64,000 nt of DNA from Candidatus Heimdallarchaeota archaeon (lineage in GTDB: Archaea > Asgardarchaeota > Heimdallarchaeia > Hodarchaeales > Hodarchaeaceae), in contig CP070695.1 of assembly GCA_020353515.1 (NCBI GenBank), positions 2,358,966 through 2,422,965 on the forward strand, read 5' to 3'. A program made the translations under genes and the position numbers. Under the pieces are notes generated by a model, which made no database searches, was not told the origin of the DNA, and saw only the letters and a list, made by a program, of their open reading frames with translations. Shown piece by piece: positions 40,153-50,203 of the stretch (positions are counted from its first letter, which is position 1; each line of letters opens with the position of its first letter).

Positions 40153-40233
40153 ATGACAAAAAGATTACGTGTTGCCTACCTTGAAAGGTGGGTTGAGTGT
40201 TATGAAAGCATGTTGACTTGCGTAGGAGTAATC
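40153..40233 (+). pseudogene. 5' fragment of a 4Fe-4S ferredoxin-like gene
   Basis: MTKRLRVAYLERWVECYESMLTC is an eroded CxxCxxCxxxC motif; it continues after an insertion at 41002. Confidence 0.7.
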
Positions 40234-40373
40234 ATAAATTCTATACGTTTCTAAAATAGTTATAAATTTGAAAAAATTAGCCTAGAATTTCCCTTTTTCA
40301 TGATTTATCCCACTTCTGACATTATTCATAGCTTCGTGTCATATTTGAAAATCTTTCTCATATATATATTGGT

Positions 40374-40844
40374 ATGGTATCTCTTTTCTCATCGAAAAAA
40401 AACACAAAATTCCCAAGGATTTCGTTAATTATGTCCGCTTCAGAAGATTATGAATTAAATAGTTTAATGATTGTTGAGGATAATCCAGACTTGCAGGAGT
40501 TCTACACGATTTTATTTGAGACAACCCCTTGGAGAATTATTTCCCAGACTGATAATTGTTTAATAGCGAAAAAATGTTATACTGATATTTTTCCAAAGCC
40601 TACAATAGTATTGATTGATATTGAACTTCCTGGATGTTCTGGATTTAGTGTTGCTCGGTACATTCTGAAAAATAACCCAGTTCAGAAAATTGTTTTTATT
40701 AGTGGTAAAGTAGACTTGATGAATGATTCATCAATCCCACCTGATCTATGTACCATTCCAAGGATGCCTAAACCATTTCATTTTAATGACTTGCTTGATA
40801 TTTTGGACAAATTAACATCTTCTTCTCAATTAATCTGTTCATAA
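40374..40844 (+). CDS. Single-domain response regulator receiver
   Basis: IVED, LIDIELP (phospho-Asp), ISG, KPF; the start is probably 40431. Confidence 0.9.
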   Translation: MVSLFSSKKNTKFPRISLIMSASEDYELNSLMIVEDNPDLQEFYTILFETTPWRIISQTDNCLIAKKCYTDIFPKPTIVLIDIELPGCSGFSVARYILKNNPVQKIVFISGKVDLMNDSSIPPDLCTIPRMPKPFHFNDLLDILDKLTSSSQLICS

Positions 40845-41001
40845 GATTAAAATCTATAGAGTTTTTTGAAATAATCTATAATTCTGATTGACATACACCA
40901 CAAGTAGATGAATGTAAACATATTTTTTCTTCAGAAGATCTTTAATTTTAATAATCCTAAGTTTGAAATACTCTTCTTAGATCAGGATTTAAGGATGAAT
41001 C

Positions 41002-41441
41002 GATGATGTACTAAGCGGTGATCGTTCATCTATTCATGTGAGAACTGTAGGAGGTTATGAGGGATCATTTGTTGTTGTTGTGTGTAGAGGATGTCTTGAT
41101 CCACCATGTGTTTCTGTTTGTCCTATTGAAGGAGCTATCCGAAGAAGAGAAAAGGGAGGGGGAGTTCTAATTGATAGAACAATATGCAACTCAGAAGATT
41201 GTCACCATGAATGTGTGGACGCCTGTCCAAAGAACTGAGGATGAATTATTAAACTTAAGGATAGAAATCCAAAGAAAGCGAATTGAAACAAAATTACGAT
41301 TTGGATACGAATATGATACGACAATTGAAAAACTTCCAAATCGTATCTATGAGATGCCAACTGCTCATGGATTACTTTCTGAAATTTAATTAAAAAATCT
41401 CTATAAAGATTATGAAGCTCTCTTAGAAAAGCGATATTAAA
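41002..41441 (+). pseudogene. 3' ferredoxin fragment fused by deletion to an AOR-like C-terminal remnant
   Basis: CRGCLDPPCVSVCP...CVDACP, then in another frame TEDELL...KLRFGY...LPNRIYEMPTAHG with an internal TAA. Confidence 0.7.
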
Positions 41442-41445
41442 AGAC

Positions 41446-42282
41446 CTAGAGAGTTTGTGCAACTTGTTTAGCTTTTCGGTTGATTATTAGATTAGAAAAT
41501 AAGATTAGTATTATTGACAAAATAAACGCAATGATAGGAACCCAAAATAATACGTTATTACTTGGTTGTAACCAAAGGACGAGTATTGTTGCCACAAGAC
41601 TGGGAATAAATAAGTAAGCTCCAGTCCTTAAAATCCAAAAACCATTTGTACCATGTTTGTGATCAAAGCGTCTAGGAAGACCACCGAAGGAAGCAGCATC
41701 ACCAATTATTCGATTAAGCTGTTCTTTTGGAGGTGAGGACGGAAAGTGAACTATCACTCTTTTGAATTTCTTTCGAAATATACCGAATGTAATTAGATTA
41801 AATATCCCAAGAGTAAGAGCTAATACAAGTTCGAATCCAAGCACAACGACTGGTCCAATGATGGGAGCTAAGAAAATCAGAAGTAAGACCACAGCAATGA
41901 TCAGGAAAAAAATGATGAAAGCTCCTGATGAATCACTACTAGTATCACAATCTCCAGTTCCTGAACAATCCGAAGAGGTGCAATCAGCTGCTCTTGAAGA
42001 TTCTCTTCGACCTGACCTCGTTCGAATGGTAGTGCGATCACGATCTGTTGGATAATGTGGTGTACGACCACAACGGAACCCTCCACACCAGTAATAACCA
42101 TGCCAGCAGCTTTCTTCAGCTAAATAGTACGTTCCTTCATCGCCAAATTCACGTCCTTCTTCTCGAGGACAAATCGTGTCACGACTCCTTAATGGAAATA
42201 TTTCTGCGGTTACTCCATGATTATTACATATTTCCTGTATAGTATTAGAAGCAATCCCGTTAAATTCAATATCCATTATCAA
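41446..42282 (-). CDS. Hypothetical membrane protein with a Cys/Ser/Asp-rich N-region
   Basis: CTSSDCSGTGDCD precedes 4 TM segments. Confidence 0.7.
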   Translation of the reverse strand: MIMDIEFNGIASNTIQEICNNHGVTAEIFPLRSRDTICPREEGREFGDEGTYYLAEESCWHGYYWCGGFRCGRTPHYPTDRDRTTIRTRSGRRESSRAADCTSSDCSGTGDCDTSSDSSGAFIIFFLIIAVVLLLIFLAPIIGPVVVLGFELVLALTLGIFNLITFGIFRKKFKRVIVHFPSSPPKEQLNRIIGDAASFGGLPRRFDHKHGTNGFWILRTGAYLFIPSLVATILVLWLQPSNNVLFWVPIIAFILSIILILFSNLIINRKAKQVAQTL

Positions 42283-42312
42283 TTCCCCATGATTCTGATT
42301 TCATTACTAGAT

Positions 42313-43341
42313 TCAGGAACAAAACCTCTTTTTAATTATACGAAGTGCTTGAAGTTCTCCAAATAATAATAATTTAGATCCAGGTACAACTTTATCCTCA
42401 GAATCAGGATGAGCAATCTTATCGATCGCCAAAATGGAAATTTTGTATAACTCTTCAAAGTTTTCTACCTGAATTGGCTCAAATTGTGAATCTAATGTTA
42501 ATTCCATCAGATGAAACTCAGTATCGCCCTTTTTAGACTTAAGAGATTGAATAATCCCATCTTCGAAGCTTGTTGCGACAAAAGCAGGAGCAGCGATTGC
42601 GGATGTACTTATGGCTGCATCAATGTCAAATAAATCTGTAACTTTTTGAGCGAAATCTTGATCAAAAGCACGGATAACCGTTCGTAGTTCTTTATTCAAT
42701 CCCTTTGCTTTGGAGGCGATCTTAAAGTTCATTAAATCATCATTTGTGACTGCTAACAAGGCTCGAGCTTTTGAGACATTTGCTTGTTCCAGTATTACGT
42801 CCTTACTTGCGTCTCCAAAAATAACAGCAATATTCGGATCTTCAAGAAGCTGCTCTAGTATTTCTGTATGTTTTTCACTTTCAACCGTGATAACAGTTGT
42901 TTGAATTTCGTCGTCAGCCAATTCTCTTAGAATTCGCGTTCCAACATTCCCCAATCCTACCAAAATCGTGTGATTCTCCATTGTGTTTGCCAACCATTCA
43001 TTCCAGGTGTGTAAACGATATCTAAAAGTAAAAGCGACCATTCCAAATTCAATAACCCCAATCCCGATTAGCACCAGACCTAAAAAAGGATATACCACAT
43101 AAATCAGTTTTATTATCAGTTCACCCTCATGAGGAAAGGTATAAACTTCCATTGATAATAATAGGGCAATTGTGGCAAATATTGAATCAAGAATATCCCC
43201 AGAAAATTGAGGATCGTAAGATGAATGATAAAAAAGCTGGAATATTAATGTACCACTAATAATTGTGATTAAAAGAATTATTAAAACTACTTTAAGCTGA
43301 CTAAAAGCTAAGAGAAAGCTTCTTAGAAAGACTTTAACCAT
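42313..43341 (-). CDS. Two-TM channel-like protein with a TrkA-N/RCK domain
   Basis: HTILVGLGNVG, GDAS, AVTNDDLMN, RTVIRAFD. Confidence 0.85.
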   Translation of the reverse strand: MVKVFLRSFLLAFSQLKVVLIILLITIISGTLIFQLFYHSSYDPQFSGDILDSIFATIALLLSMEVYTFPHEGELIIKLIYVVYPFLGLVLIGIGVIEFGMVAFTFRYRLHTWNEWLANTMENHTILVGLGNVGTRILRELADDEIQTTVITVESEKHTEILEQLLEDPNIAVIFGDASKDVILEQANVSKARALLAVTNDDLMNFKIASKAKGLNKELRTVIRAFDQDFAQKVTDLFDIDAAISTSAIAAPAFVATSFEDGIIQSLKSKKGDTEFHLMELTLDSQFEPIQVENFEELYKISILAIDKIAHPDSEDKVVPGSKLLLFGELQALRIIKKRFCS

Positions 43342-43455
43342 TTTAATAGTTCCTTCAGCTTTGCAGGGTCATCTGAACAACAATTTAAAGCAATAGTGAT
43401 CTTATTAATAATTTATTAGTCACAAACAAAATCGTATGGATATAAGGGATGAACA

Positions 43456-44298
43456 ATGAGACGCTTTGTAGTCGGTGGTAACTGGAAGATGCAAATTTCA
43501 CAGGTCGAAGAGGCCGTGAGAATTACTGAAAATATAGCAAACGCGATAAAAAATATTTCAATGGTTGATGTATTCATTGCTCCCTCTTTTAACGCCCTAT
43601 ATTCAGTTGGAAAATCTATTTCAAATACGAATTTAAAATTAGCAAGCCAAAATATCCATTATCTTGAACAGGGGGCATTTACTGGAGAAACTTCAATTCT
43701 TTCCTGCATTAATGCTGGTTGTGAGTATGTCATTCTTGGGCATAGTGAACGACGACGGATATTTGGGGAAACAGGTGAGAATATAAATCAAAAAGTCTTG
43801 AAAACATTGGAAAAAGGTCTCAAAGCAGTTTTATGTATTGGAGAGACTGCGAAAGAACGTGCTGAAGGCCGTGTTAAAGAAGTTAATCAAAGTCAGCTAG
43901 CTGGGAGTTTGAAAGGGGTATCTCAAACCCAAATTGAAAAAATAATCATAGCATATGAACCAGTTTGGGCAATCAACAACAAATTTCTAAATCCTGATAT
44001 TGAAATCAAGCCAGCTACACCACATCAAGCCAGTGAAGCTCATGCAATGGTTCGTGATTGGTTTAGGCAAGAATATGGAGACTCCATCGCCAACTCAATC
44101 CAGATTATTTACGGTGGGTCAATGAACCAGAAAAACGCCGAAGAACTCCTCAAAATAGATGATATCGACGGGGGATTAATAGGTGGAGCATCCTTGACCG
44201 CAAAAACCTTTCTACCAATTATACGCTCTGCAGAGAAACTTTCAAAACAGGATCCTGAATATGAATGGGATAGTAATACTCTGAGGTTTAGAAAATGA
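43456..44298 (+). CDS. tpiA: Triosephosphate isomerase (long bacterial/eukaryotic type)
   Basis: GGNWKM, GAFTGE, GHSERR, AYEPVWAI, YGGS, DGGLIGGASL. Confidence 0.97.
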   Translation: MRRFVVGGNWKMQISQVEEAVRITENIANAIKNISMVDVFIAPSFNALYSVGKSISNTNLKLASQNIHYLEQGAFTGETSILSCINAGCEYVILGHSERRRIFGETGENINQKVLKTLEKGLKAVLCIGETAKERAEGRVKEVNQSQLAGSLKGVSQTQIEKIIIAYEPVWAINNKFLNPDIEIKPATPHQASEAHAMVRDWFRQEYGDSIANSIQIIYGGSMNQKNAEELLKIDDIDGGLIGGASLTAKTFLPIIRSAEKLSKQDPEYEWDSNTLRFRK

Positions 44299-44450
44299 AA
44301 TAGTATTTTATTCCTAGAGTTGTAATCAATAACATCAGGAATAATTTCGTGACCTTCTTGGCGTTTTACCTATGCAACGTTTTTATAGACAAATTGCATA
44401 ATAAAACTTACGTGGTTTTCTGAAACTAAAACCCCTAAGGAGAGCATAAA

Positions 44451-44657
44451 ATGGATTCCACCTATAAAGTTATCCAACTAGTTGGTTCCTCCCCAACAAG
44501 TTGGGAAGAGGCGGTTACACACGCTGTTGAGAAAGCTTCTAAGACCCTTCGTGATTTACGTATTGTCACAGTTGATGAGCTAGATTGTCGAGTTGAAGAG
44601 GGCAAAATAACTGCTTTTCGAGCGCGAGTTCGTCTCAGCTTCAAGATGGAAGGCTAA
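44451..44657 (+). CDS. Dodecin (flavin-binding)
   Basis: YKVIQLVGSSPTSWEEAV...ASKTLR...RLSFK; AGGAG SD. Confidence 0.93.
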   Translation: MDSTYKVIQLVGSSPTSWEEAVTHAVEKASKTLRDLRIVTVDELDCRVEEGKITAFRARVRLSFKMEG

Positions 44658-44706
44658 GATTTAGTCTTCTTTATCATTCTTTTTTTTTCAAGGAAAGAAA
44701 ATCTTA

Positions 44707-45141
44707 ATGAGCAACAGGAAATACCCTCAGAGACCTTGGGTCAGTGCACACGGCATTATTTTTGACCAACAAAAAGAAAAGATACTTCTGACTAAAAGAG
44801 CAGCACCTCCCAAGGCTTTATTTTGGTTTCCACCTGGAGGAGCGATTGACCTCGGTGAAACTGTGGAAGAGGGCTTGAAACGAGAAATTCTCGAGGAAAC
44901 CGACATTGTAGTTAAGAACCTACAGTTTATCAATTATATTGATGGAATAACTCCTGATTCGAATGGTAAAGTTAAATATCATTTCGTTGTGTTCATGTTT
45001 GAAGCAGAGTATTTTAAAGGCACAATAAAAGCTAAAGACGATGCATTGGATGTAAAGTGGGTATCTATTGAGGACATAATGTCTGAAACTATTCCCGTAC
45101 CATCAGAATTAATTTCTATTTTAAAAGAAACGAAAAAATGA
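44707..45141 (+). CDS. NUDIX hydrolase
   Basis: PGGAIDLGETVEEGLKREILEET Nudix box. Confidence 0.95.
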   Translation: MSNRKYPQRPWVSAHGIIFDQQKEKILLTKRAAPPKALFWFPPGGAIDLGETVEEGLKREILEETDIVVKNLQFINYIDGITPDSNGKVKYHFVVFMFEAEYFKGTIKAKDDALDVKWVSIEDIMSETIPVPSELISILKETKK

Positions 45142-45180
45142 CCAGAGAAGTTAAATCATCATTTTTTTTTATTTTATAAT

Positions 45181-45993
45181 CTAACTATTTTCACTGATAA
45201 TTTTTTTAATTGCCGCCATATAATCTTCTGGACCAATTAATAGTAGGTCGTTATGTCCTGCCCCAGGTACGATTAGAATATTCTTCTCTTCACTTGCAAC
45301 GTTTTTATGGAGAGCAACACCATCCTCTAAGGGAATTATTACATCATTTTCTCCATGAATAAATAGAGAAGGAATCCTGACATTTTTAATAAGAGGGAGA
45401 GTAGAAGCAACCTCTTCTTTTTCTGGAGGTAACATTGAAGAAGGGATACCTAAACGTCTAAGGAGATTATAAGTGTAGGCAAACCCACTTTCAATAATCA
45501 AGCAGACTAGTTGATTTTGGTAATGGGCCGCGATTTCAATTGCTGAAGCACTTCCAAGAGATCTACCCATTACTGAAACTGATCCTAAGAATTTATTTTC
45601 GAAGAGATATTTTCTAAACTCTTGATAAATCGCATGAGCATCTTTAATCATACTAGAAAAGGTTGGATACCCAGTACTTTGGCCATAACCTCTATAATCA
45701 GCAACAAAAAGGTTTATCCCCAACTGTTGGTAAGTCGGCCCTATAAAATCATAATCAGTTGCGATTTCTCCGTTACCATGGAAAAATAAAATTGTTGGAG
45801 CAAGTTTATATTCATTTGTCCGGTAGAAACGCCCTACAATATTAATATCCCCCTTTATAGGAATTGTAAGGGAGTAAGTATCGTTTGTTTCTCGGGACGC
45901 TCCTTGATGCCTTCGGGGGTAAAAAATAAACCGTACCAAATCAGGATGATCAAGGAATGTTAAATCTCTCTCTTCAGAGCTCATAATTAACAC
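45181..45993 (-). CDS. Alpha/beta hydrolase (BEM46/ABHD13/17-like)
   Basis: FFHGNGE, DYRGYGQS, GRSLG, IHGENDVII, GAGHND. Confidence 0.9.
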   Translation of the reverse strand: MLIMSSEERDLTFLDHPDLVRFIFYPRRHQGASRETNDTYSLTIPIKGDINIVGRFYRTNEYKLAPTILFFHGNGEIATDYDFIGPTYQQLGINLFVADYRGYGQSTGYPTFSSMIKDAHAIYQEFRKYLFENKFLGSVSVMGRSLGSASAIEIAAHYQNQLVCLIIESGFAYTYNLLRRLGIPSSMLPPEKEEVASTLPLIKNVRIPSLFIHGENDVIIPLEDGVALHKNVASEEKNILIVPGAGHNDLLLIGPEDYMAAIKKIISENS

Positions 45994-46014
45994 AATGTCC
46001 TAAACTTAAATTTC

Positions 46015-46755
46015 TCATGTTATCGGTACAAGGATGTCGAGAATTATTTTAATTACAACCATTATGGGAGCATAAACAAAAATTGAAGCTATTAAATCCC
46101 AGATGTAATGTTCTCCTAGGTATATCACGGAAAAAGAAAAGAAAGTTACCAAAATTAAAAAGAAGAGAATACCCACAATCCAACCAGACCAAGAATCATT
46201 CAAAAAGAAGAAGAAGCATAAGAGGGCGCCTGCTAGCATCATCCCAAAATGATTACTTGGTAAGCCATTATATAATAGTCCATTTACGTTATCGCTCTGC
46301 TTAAACTTTAGAAGTCGAATCGGAACCACTGGTAATTCACGGTCAAATTGATCCCATCGTATTGGAACCACTACAGGGAATAAAAATTGAATAGTCATCG
46401 AGGTTCCCCACGCGGTCAAGACCATTATGCCATATCGCCAAGCATTTTCCCCTTGTAGTCCACAGATAAAGATTTCAATTGCAACAGTTACAGCGAACAC
46501 CCAAAACCAGACTTGAATAGTAATAAAATCGAGGAACTTCCCCAATGTCTCATTAGATCTAAGATGTTTCTGTAGAAATTGCGTTGGATTGGGATTCATA
46601 AAAATAGCTCGATTGCGAACTCGGTCGGGAGTCTGCCATTTATTAGCACTTAACCAAAATATGAGCATTACAATCATTAGAAGTAGTAAAAAAACATTGA
46701 AAGGTACTGCAAATGCTTCTTGGTAAGCCTCGATTATTTCATTTAATACACCCAA
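46015..46755 (-). CDS. PAP2-superfamily membrane phosphotransferase (Aur1/IPC-synthase-like)
   Basis: FPVVVP, YNGLPSNH and IYLGEHYIWD motifs with TMs. Confidence 0.8.
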   Translation of the reverse strand: MGVLNEIIEAYQEAFAVPFNVFLLLLMIVMLIFWLSANKWQTPDRVRNRAIFMNPNPTQFLQKHLRSNETLGKFLDFITIQVWFWVFAVTVAIEIFICGLQGENAWRYGIMVLTAWGTSMTIQFLFPVVVPIRWDQFDRELPVVPIRLLKFKQSDNVNGLLYNGLPSNHFGMMLAGALLCFFFFLNDSWSGWIVGILFFLILVTFFSFSVIYLGEHYIWDLIASIFVYAPIMVVIKIILDILVPIT

Positions 46756-46877
46756 GACATCACCGACTAGAACTGTACATTCTTTGAAATAAGGTAAGGA
46801 GGTAGAAATTTGTCTCAGTTCTTGTATATTACGCTAAAAAGAGAAAATCACTTTTTAATCAAACTGCGAAATAATTA

Positions 46878-47294
46878 CTATTTCTTTTTCTTATGCGATT
46901 TTATGAATCCTGACACATCTAAAAATGACTGTGCTTTCTCAAAATCAGCTTCATCTACTGAAAGGGCAATCTCTGCATTTTTTGCTATAAAACGTAAGAC
47001 ATAAAATGACAGAAGCCGAATTCCTTGATCTTTAAACAGTTGAGTAAAATGCCCAAAGGATCCTGGTTCATCAGGAATTGATGCAATCAAAATATCCTGA
47101 GTTGAAAACGGAATATTTAGTTTTTTTAGGACATTTATTGTACCTTTTATATTATCAGTGAATAAAACGGCTGTACATACCCCAAAGGCACTTGTACCTG
47201 CCATTGAGACGATATCAATGTCTTGTTGGCCCAAAGCTTTTCCGATCTTGGCGAGCGCATCACTATTTTCAAGATGAATTACAAATTGCTGCAA
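46878..47294 (-). CDS. Tandem ACT-domain protein
   Basis: LENSDALAKIGKALGQQDIDI and IPDEPGSFGHFTQLF. Confidence 0.85.
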   Translation of the reverse strand: MQQFVIHLENSDALAKIGKALGQQDIDIVSMAGTSAFGVCTAVLFTDNIKGTINVLKKLNIPFSTQDILIASIPDEPGSFGHFTQLFKDQGIRLLSFYVLRFIAKNAEIALSVDEADFEKAQSFLDVSGFIKSHKKKK

Positions 47295-47363
47295 TCATAA
47301 CCCCTCGTGCTAGAGTATTTTACTCAATGTTTGTTTATAAAGTTTCACTGCTACAGAGATTTA

Positions 47364-48128
47364 CTATAAATAATGAGGAAGCTCTGTGATATTAGTAATA
47401 GTATTATGGATATCGAAGTCTTTTATTTTTTCTTTTTTTGATTCGTCTTGAGAAGAATATACCCAAAGAGCTTTAATGCCAAAAGATAAAGCTCCTTTAA
47501 TATCAGCGACAATCTCATCGCCTACATGAAGTACATGTTCTTTACTACGATAAGATAAACCTGATAATGCAGCAGAGAACACCTTGGGACTTGGTTTTCT
47601 CCAACCAAGATCTCCAGAGAATACAACCTGATCAAAATAGCTGATTATATCATATTTCCTAAGAACATCCCAGCCATTTGGAGCCCAAGAATGGTTTGAT
47701 GTTAATACTAAAGTATATTCATTTTCTTTCAAATAATCTAAAGTCTTAATCAATCCTGGAAACGCATGAATTAACGGTAATGCTGACTCAAAATAAAATT
47801 GAATTATCTCTGTTGCTAATGTTGATAATTCTGAGGATATTTCCGTAGAACTCTTTAATACTTCATATAGAATCTCATCATTTCGAAATTCCCTTTCAGT
47901 CTCTTTGTCGTGGATTTTTTGGCGAACAGAACTGTAATAATCTGTAATTATGTTATCCATGGTTATGTCAGTAATATATTGCTGAAGTCTTGGAAATTCA
48001 AGTAGTGCTTTTTCCATATGAGAATATAAATCAAAGGAGCTACGATCTACATACACAAGAGTGTTAAAAAGATCCAATGAAATAACATCAAAATTCTTTG
48101 GCGACATTCGGTTTATCTCCTCAATCAT
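47364..48128 (-). CDS. HAD-family hydrolase
   Basis: DLFNTL, TSN, RKPSP, HVGDEIVADIKGA. Confidence 0.92.
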   Translation of the reverse strand: MIEEINRMSPKNFDVISLDLFNTLVYVDRSSFDLYSHMEKALLEFPRLQQYITDITMDNIITDYYSSVRQKIHDKETEREFRNDEILYEVLKSSTEISSELSTLATEIIQFYFESALPLIHAFPGLIKTLDYLKENEYTLVLTSNHSWAPNGWDVLRKYDIISYFDQVVFSGDLGWRKPSPKVFSAALSGLSYRSKEHVLHVGDEIVADIKGALSFGIKALWVYSSQDESKKEKIKDFDIHNTITNITELPHYL

Positions 48129-48325
48129 GCGGGGAAATGACGATATTTCATATACGTAAGAGTGAGTCGACGTGCTAACAATCGCCTGAGCGAACCTTGG
48201 GATTTTAACACAGAAGCAAAGAGTATACGGGGATCTTGGATTACTTTCTCCATGTTAGGAAAGGTTCCTATCGGAAGTCCTTTTGTAACGATTTCACCTT
48301 TGAGTAAATTGCCATAAACTCTCAT
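48125..48325 (-). CDS. Small basic hypothetical protein
   Basis: ATG start; its stop overlaps the HAD start (ATGA). Confidence 0.5.
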   Translation of the reverse strand: MRVYGNLLKGEIVTKGLPIGTFPNMEKVIQDPRILFASVLKSQGSLRRLLARRLTLTYMKYRHFPA

Positions 48326-48370
48326 TAATCATCTATCCAATATTTAAAGATGTAAGAAAAAACCATTATG

Positions 48371-49927
48371 TCATCCAGAAAATGTTTCAGGTGAGAACTT
48401 AAACATTCGTGCAAATTTCATTAGAAGATCCATATCATCAGTGGTGATATTGACTTTACCAGCCAGCATCGCTTGCATAGCATCTTGCTTTCCTAACATA
48501 ATATGCTTCCACGTAATAGAGTCTGTTGATACTTTCATTGTGGCTTGATCTGATGTAGCTTCTTCTACACGACATTTTTGATTCTTTATATATAACAACC
48601 AAGAATGCGCATCAGAAAAATCAAATTGAATTAAAGCAGTGACGCCCTCTGCTCTTTCAGGACGGAAACCTTTAGGAATCTGGGACATCATTGATGAAAA
48701 ATCAATATCTAAATCTTGAATTTTCTCTGCTGGTCCTCGTTTTTGTTCGATATAAACTTCTCTTTGAATAAGGAACCGCATAATTTCTGATGTTCCTCCA
48801 CCAATGGTTCCTAGACGAGCATCACGATAAAATTTTTCAATTCCAGAGTAATCTTTAACATATCCTTCCCCGCCAAGGATTTGGATTGCCATATCTGTGA
48901 CTTTTAACGCTGCTTCTGTTGCAAACAGTTTAGCCATGGTGGCTTCTTTAGTTGCTGGTTGTTTTCGTTCTATCATCCTAGCTGCGGAAACAGTCATTAA
49001 TCTACTAGCTCGCATGAGTGTTGCCATGTCAGCAATTTTAAACGATATTGCTTCAAAACGTGATATTGGTCTTCCAAATTGAACTCTATTCATTGAATGT
49101 TCAACAGCTGTTTCAAAAGGTTTTCTCATACAACCAAGGGATTCAGCTGCAATACCAACCCGCTCAGTGTCTAATTCATCCATTAAAATTAAAAATCCTT
49201 GATTCTGTTTACCAAGCATATTTTCAGGAGGAACCCTCATATCATCGATTTTAAAATGAGTATTACAAACTCCACGTCGACCCATAAGATCAAAATCTTT
49301 GATCACTGTGAATCCCTCCCATTTTGTTTCGATTATGAATGCTGACATACCTGACTTACTGTCAACAGATTGATCTGTTATTGCAAAGGTCACTATCTGA
49401 TCCGCGATCGATCCATTTGTAATGAACCTTTTCTCACCGTTTAATATCCAAACTTGTTCATTTTCGTCCCAAGTGGCTTTTGTTTCCATACCTGCAGTAT
49501 CACTACCGACATTCGGTTCAGTGATAGCAAGTGATCCTATTGTTTTTCCTTTTGCTAATGGTAATAGATATTTTTGTTTCTGTTCTTCAGTTCCAAATCG
49601 CAATATAGGGATTGCAGAGAGCGTACAGCTCGCACCAAATCCCATTGTTAGAGCTGGACTTACAGCAGAGATTTCTTCACCTGTAAGGAGTTGAAACATT
49701 AAAGATTTGCCCAATCCACCGTATTCTTTAGGAATCATTATCCCAGCGAAACCCTCTCGTCCCATTTTTTGCATGAGATCGCGCCACATATGGTCTGGTA
49801 GTGGGGCATCGGTTTCAACCTTCTTAGCAATGTGTTCAATTTCTTTCTCTACAAATCTTCTAGCAACCTCACGAAATATGAGTTCTTCTTCATTGTAGAG
49901 TATTTCTTCATCATTAATCAAGGTCAT
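48371..49927 (-). CDS. Acyl-CoA dehydrogenase fused to a C-terminal SCP2 domain
   Basis: AITEPNVGSD, NGEKRFITNG, RVQFGRPI, IGGGTSEI; then FRPERAEGV...IQFDF...DAMQAMLAGKV. Confidence 0.92.
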   Translation of the reverse strand: MTLINDEEILYNEEELIFREVARRFVEKEIEHIAKKVETDAPLPDHMWRDLMQKMGREGFAGIMIPKEYGGLGKSLMFQLLTGEEISAVSPALTMGFGASCTLSAIPILRFGTEEQKQKYLLPLAKGKTIGSLAITEPNVGSDTAGMETKATWDENEQVWILNGEKRFITNGSIADQIVTFAITDQSVDSKSGMSAFIIETKWEGFTVIKDFDLMGRRGVCNTHFKIDDMRVPPENMLGKQNQGFLILMDELDTERVGIAAESLGCMRKPFETAVEHSMNRVQFGRPISRFEAISFKIADMATLMRASRLMTVSAARMIERKQPATKEATMAKLFATEAALKVTDMAIQILGGEGYVKDYSGIEKFYRDARLGTIGGGTSEIMRFLIQREVYIEQKRGPAEKIQDLDIDFSSMMSQIPKGFRPERAEGVTALIQFDFSDAHSWLLYIKNQKCRVEEATSDQATMKVSTDSITWKHIMLGKQDAMQAMLAGKVNITTDDMDLLMKFARMFKFSPETFSG

Positions 49928-50203
49928 TACGGATCATCTTACAAAAATAAACTTAAATACTATATTATCTTTGATATTTCTTCTTTTTAGGGCTGTACGA
50001 CAATTTTTGAGGTGAGTGCTATAGACTTTTTTCGTCAGTTCACTTGCTAGTTGCTGTTTATTGTTTCTGATTTTTCTTTTTATTCCTTACCACTATTTTC
50101 CTATAAAACTATCGATTTTTTCGAAATTCTTCTTAATAGACTAATTTATATACGAAAAATAATTAATTAATATCCTGCTTTCAATTCTAGACTTCAGTTT
50201 AAG

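Noticed and set aside
41236-41244. Selenocysteine readthrough at the TGA after CPKN
   Set aside because: A second TGA follows two codons later and homology switches frame to an AOR tail, so a deletion junction explains it better
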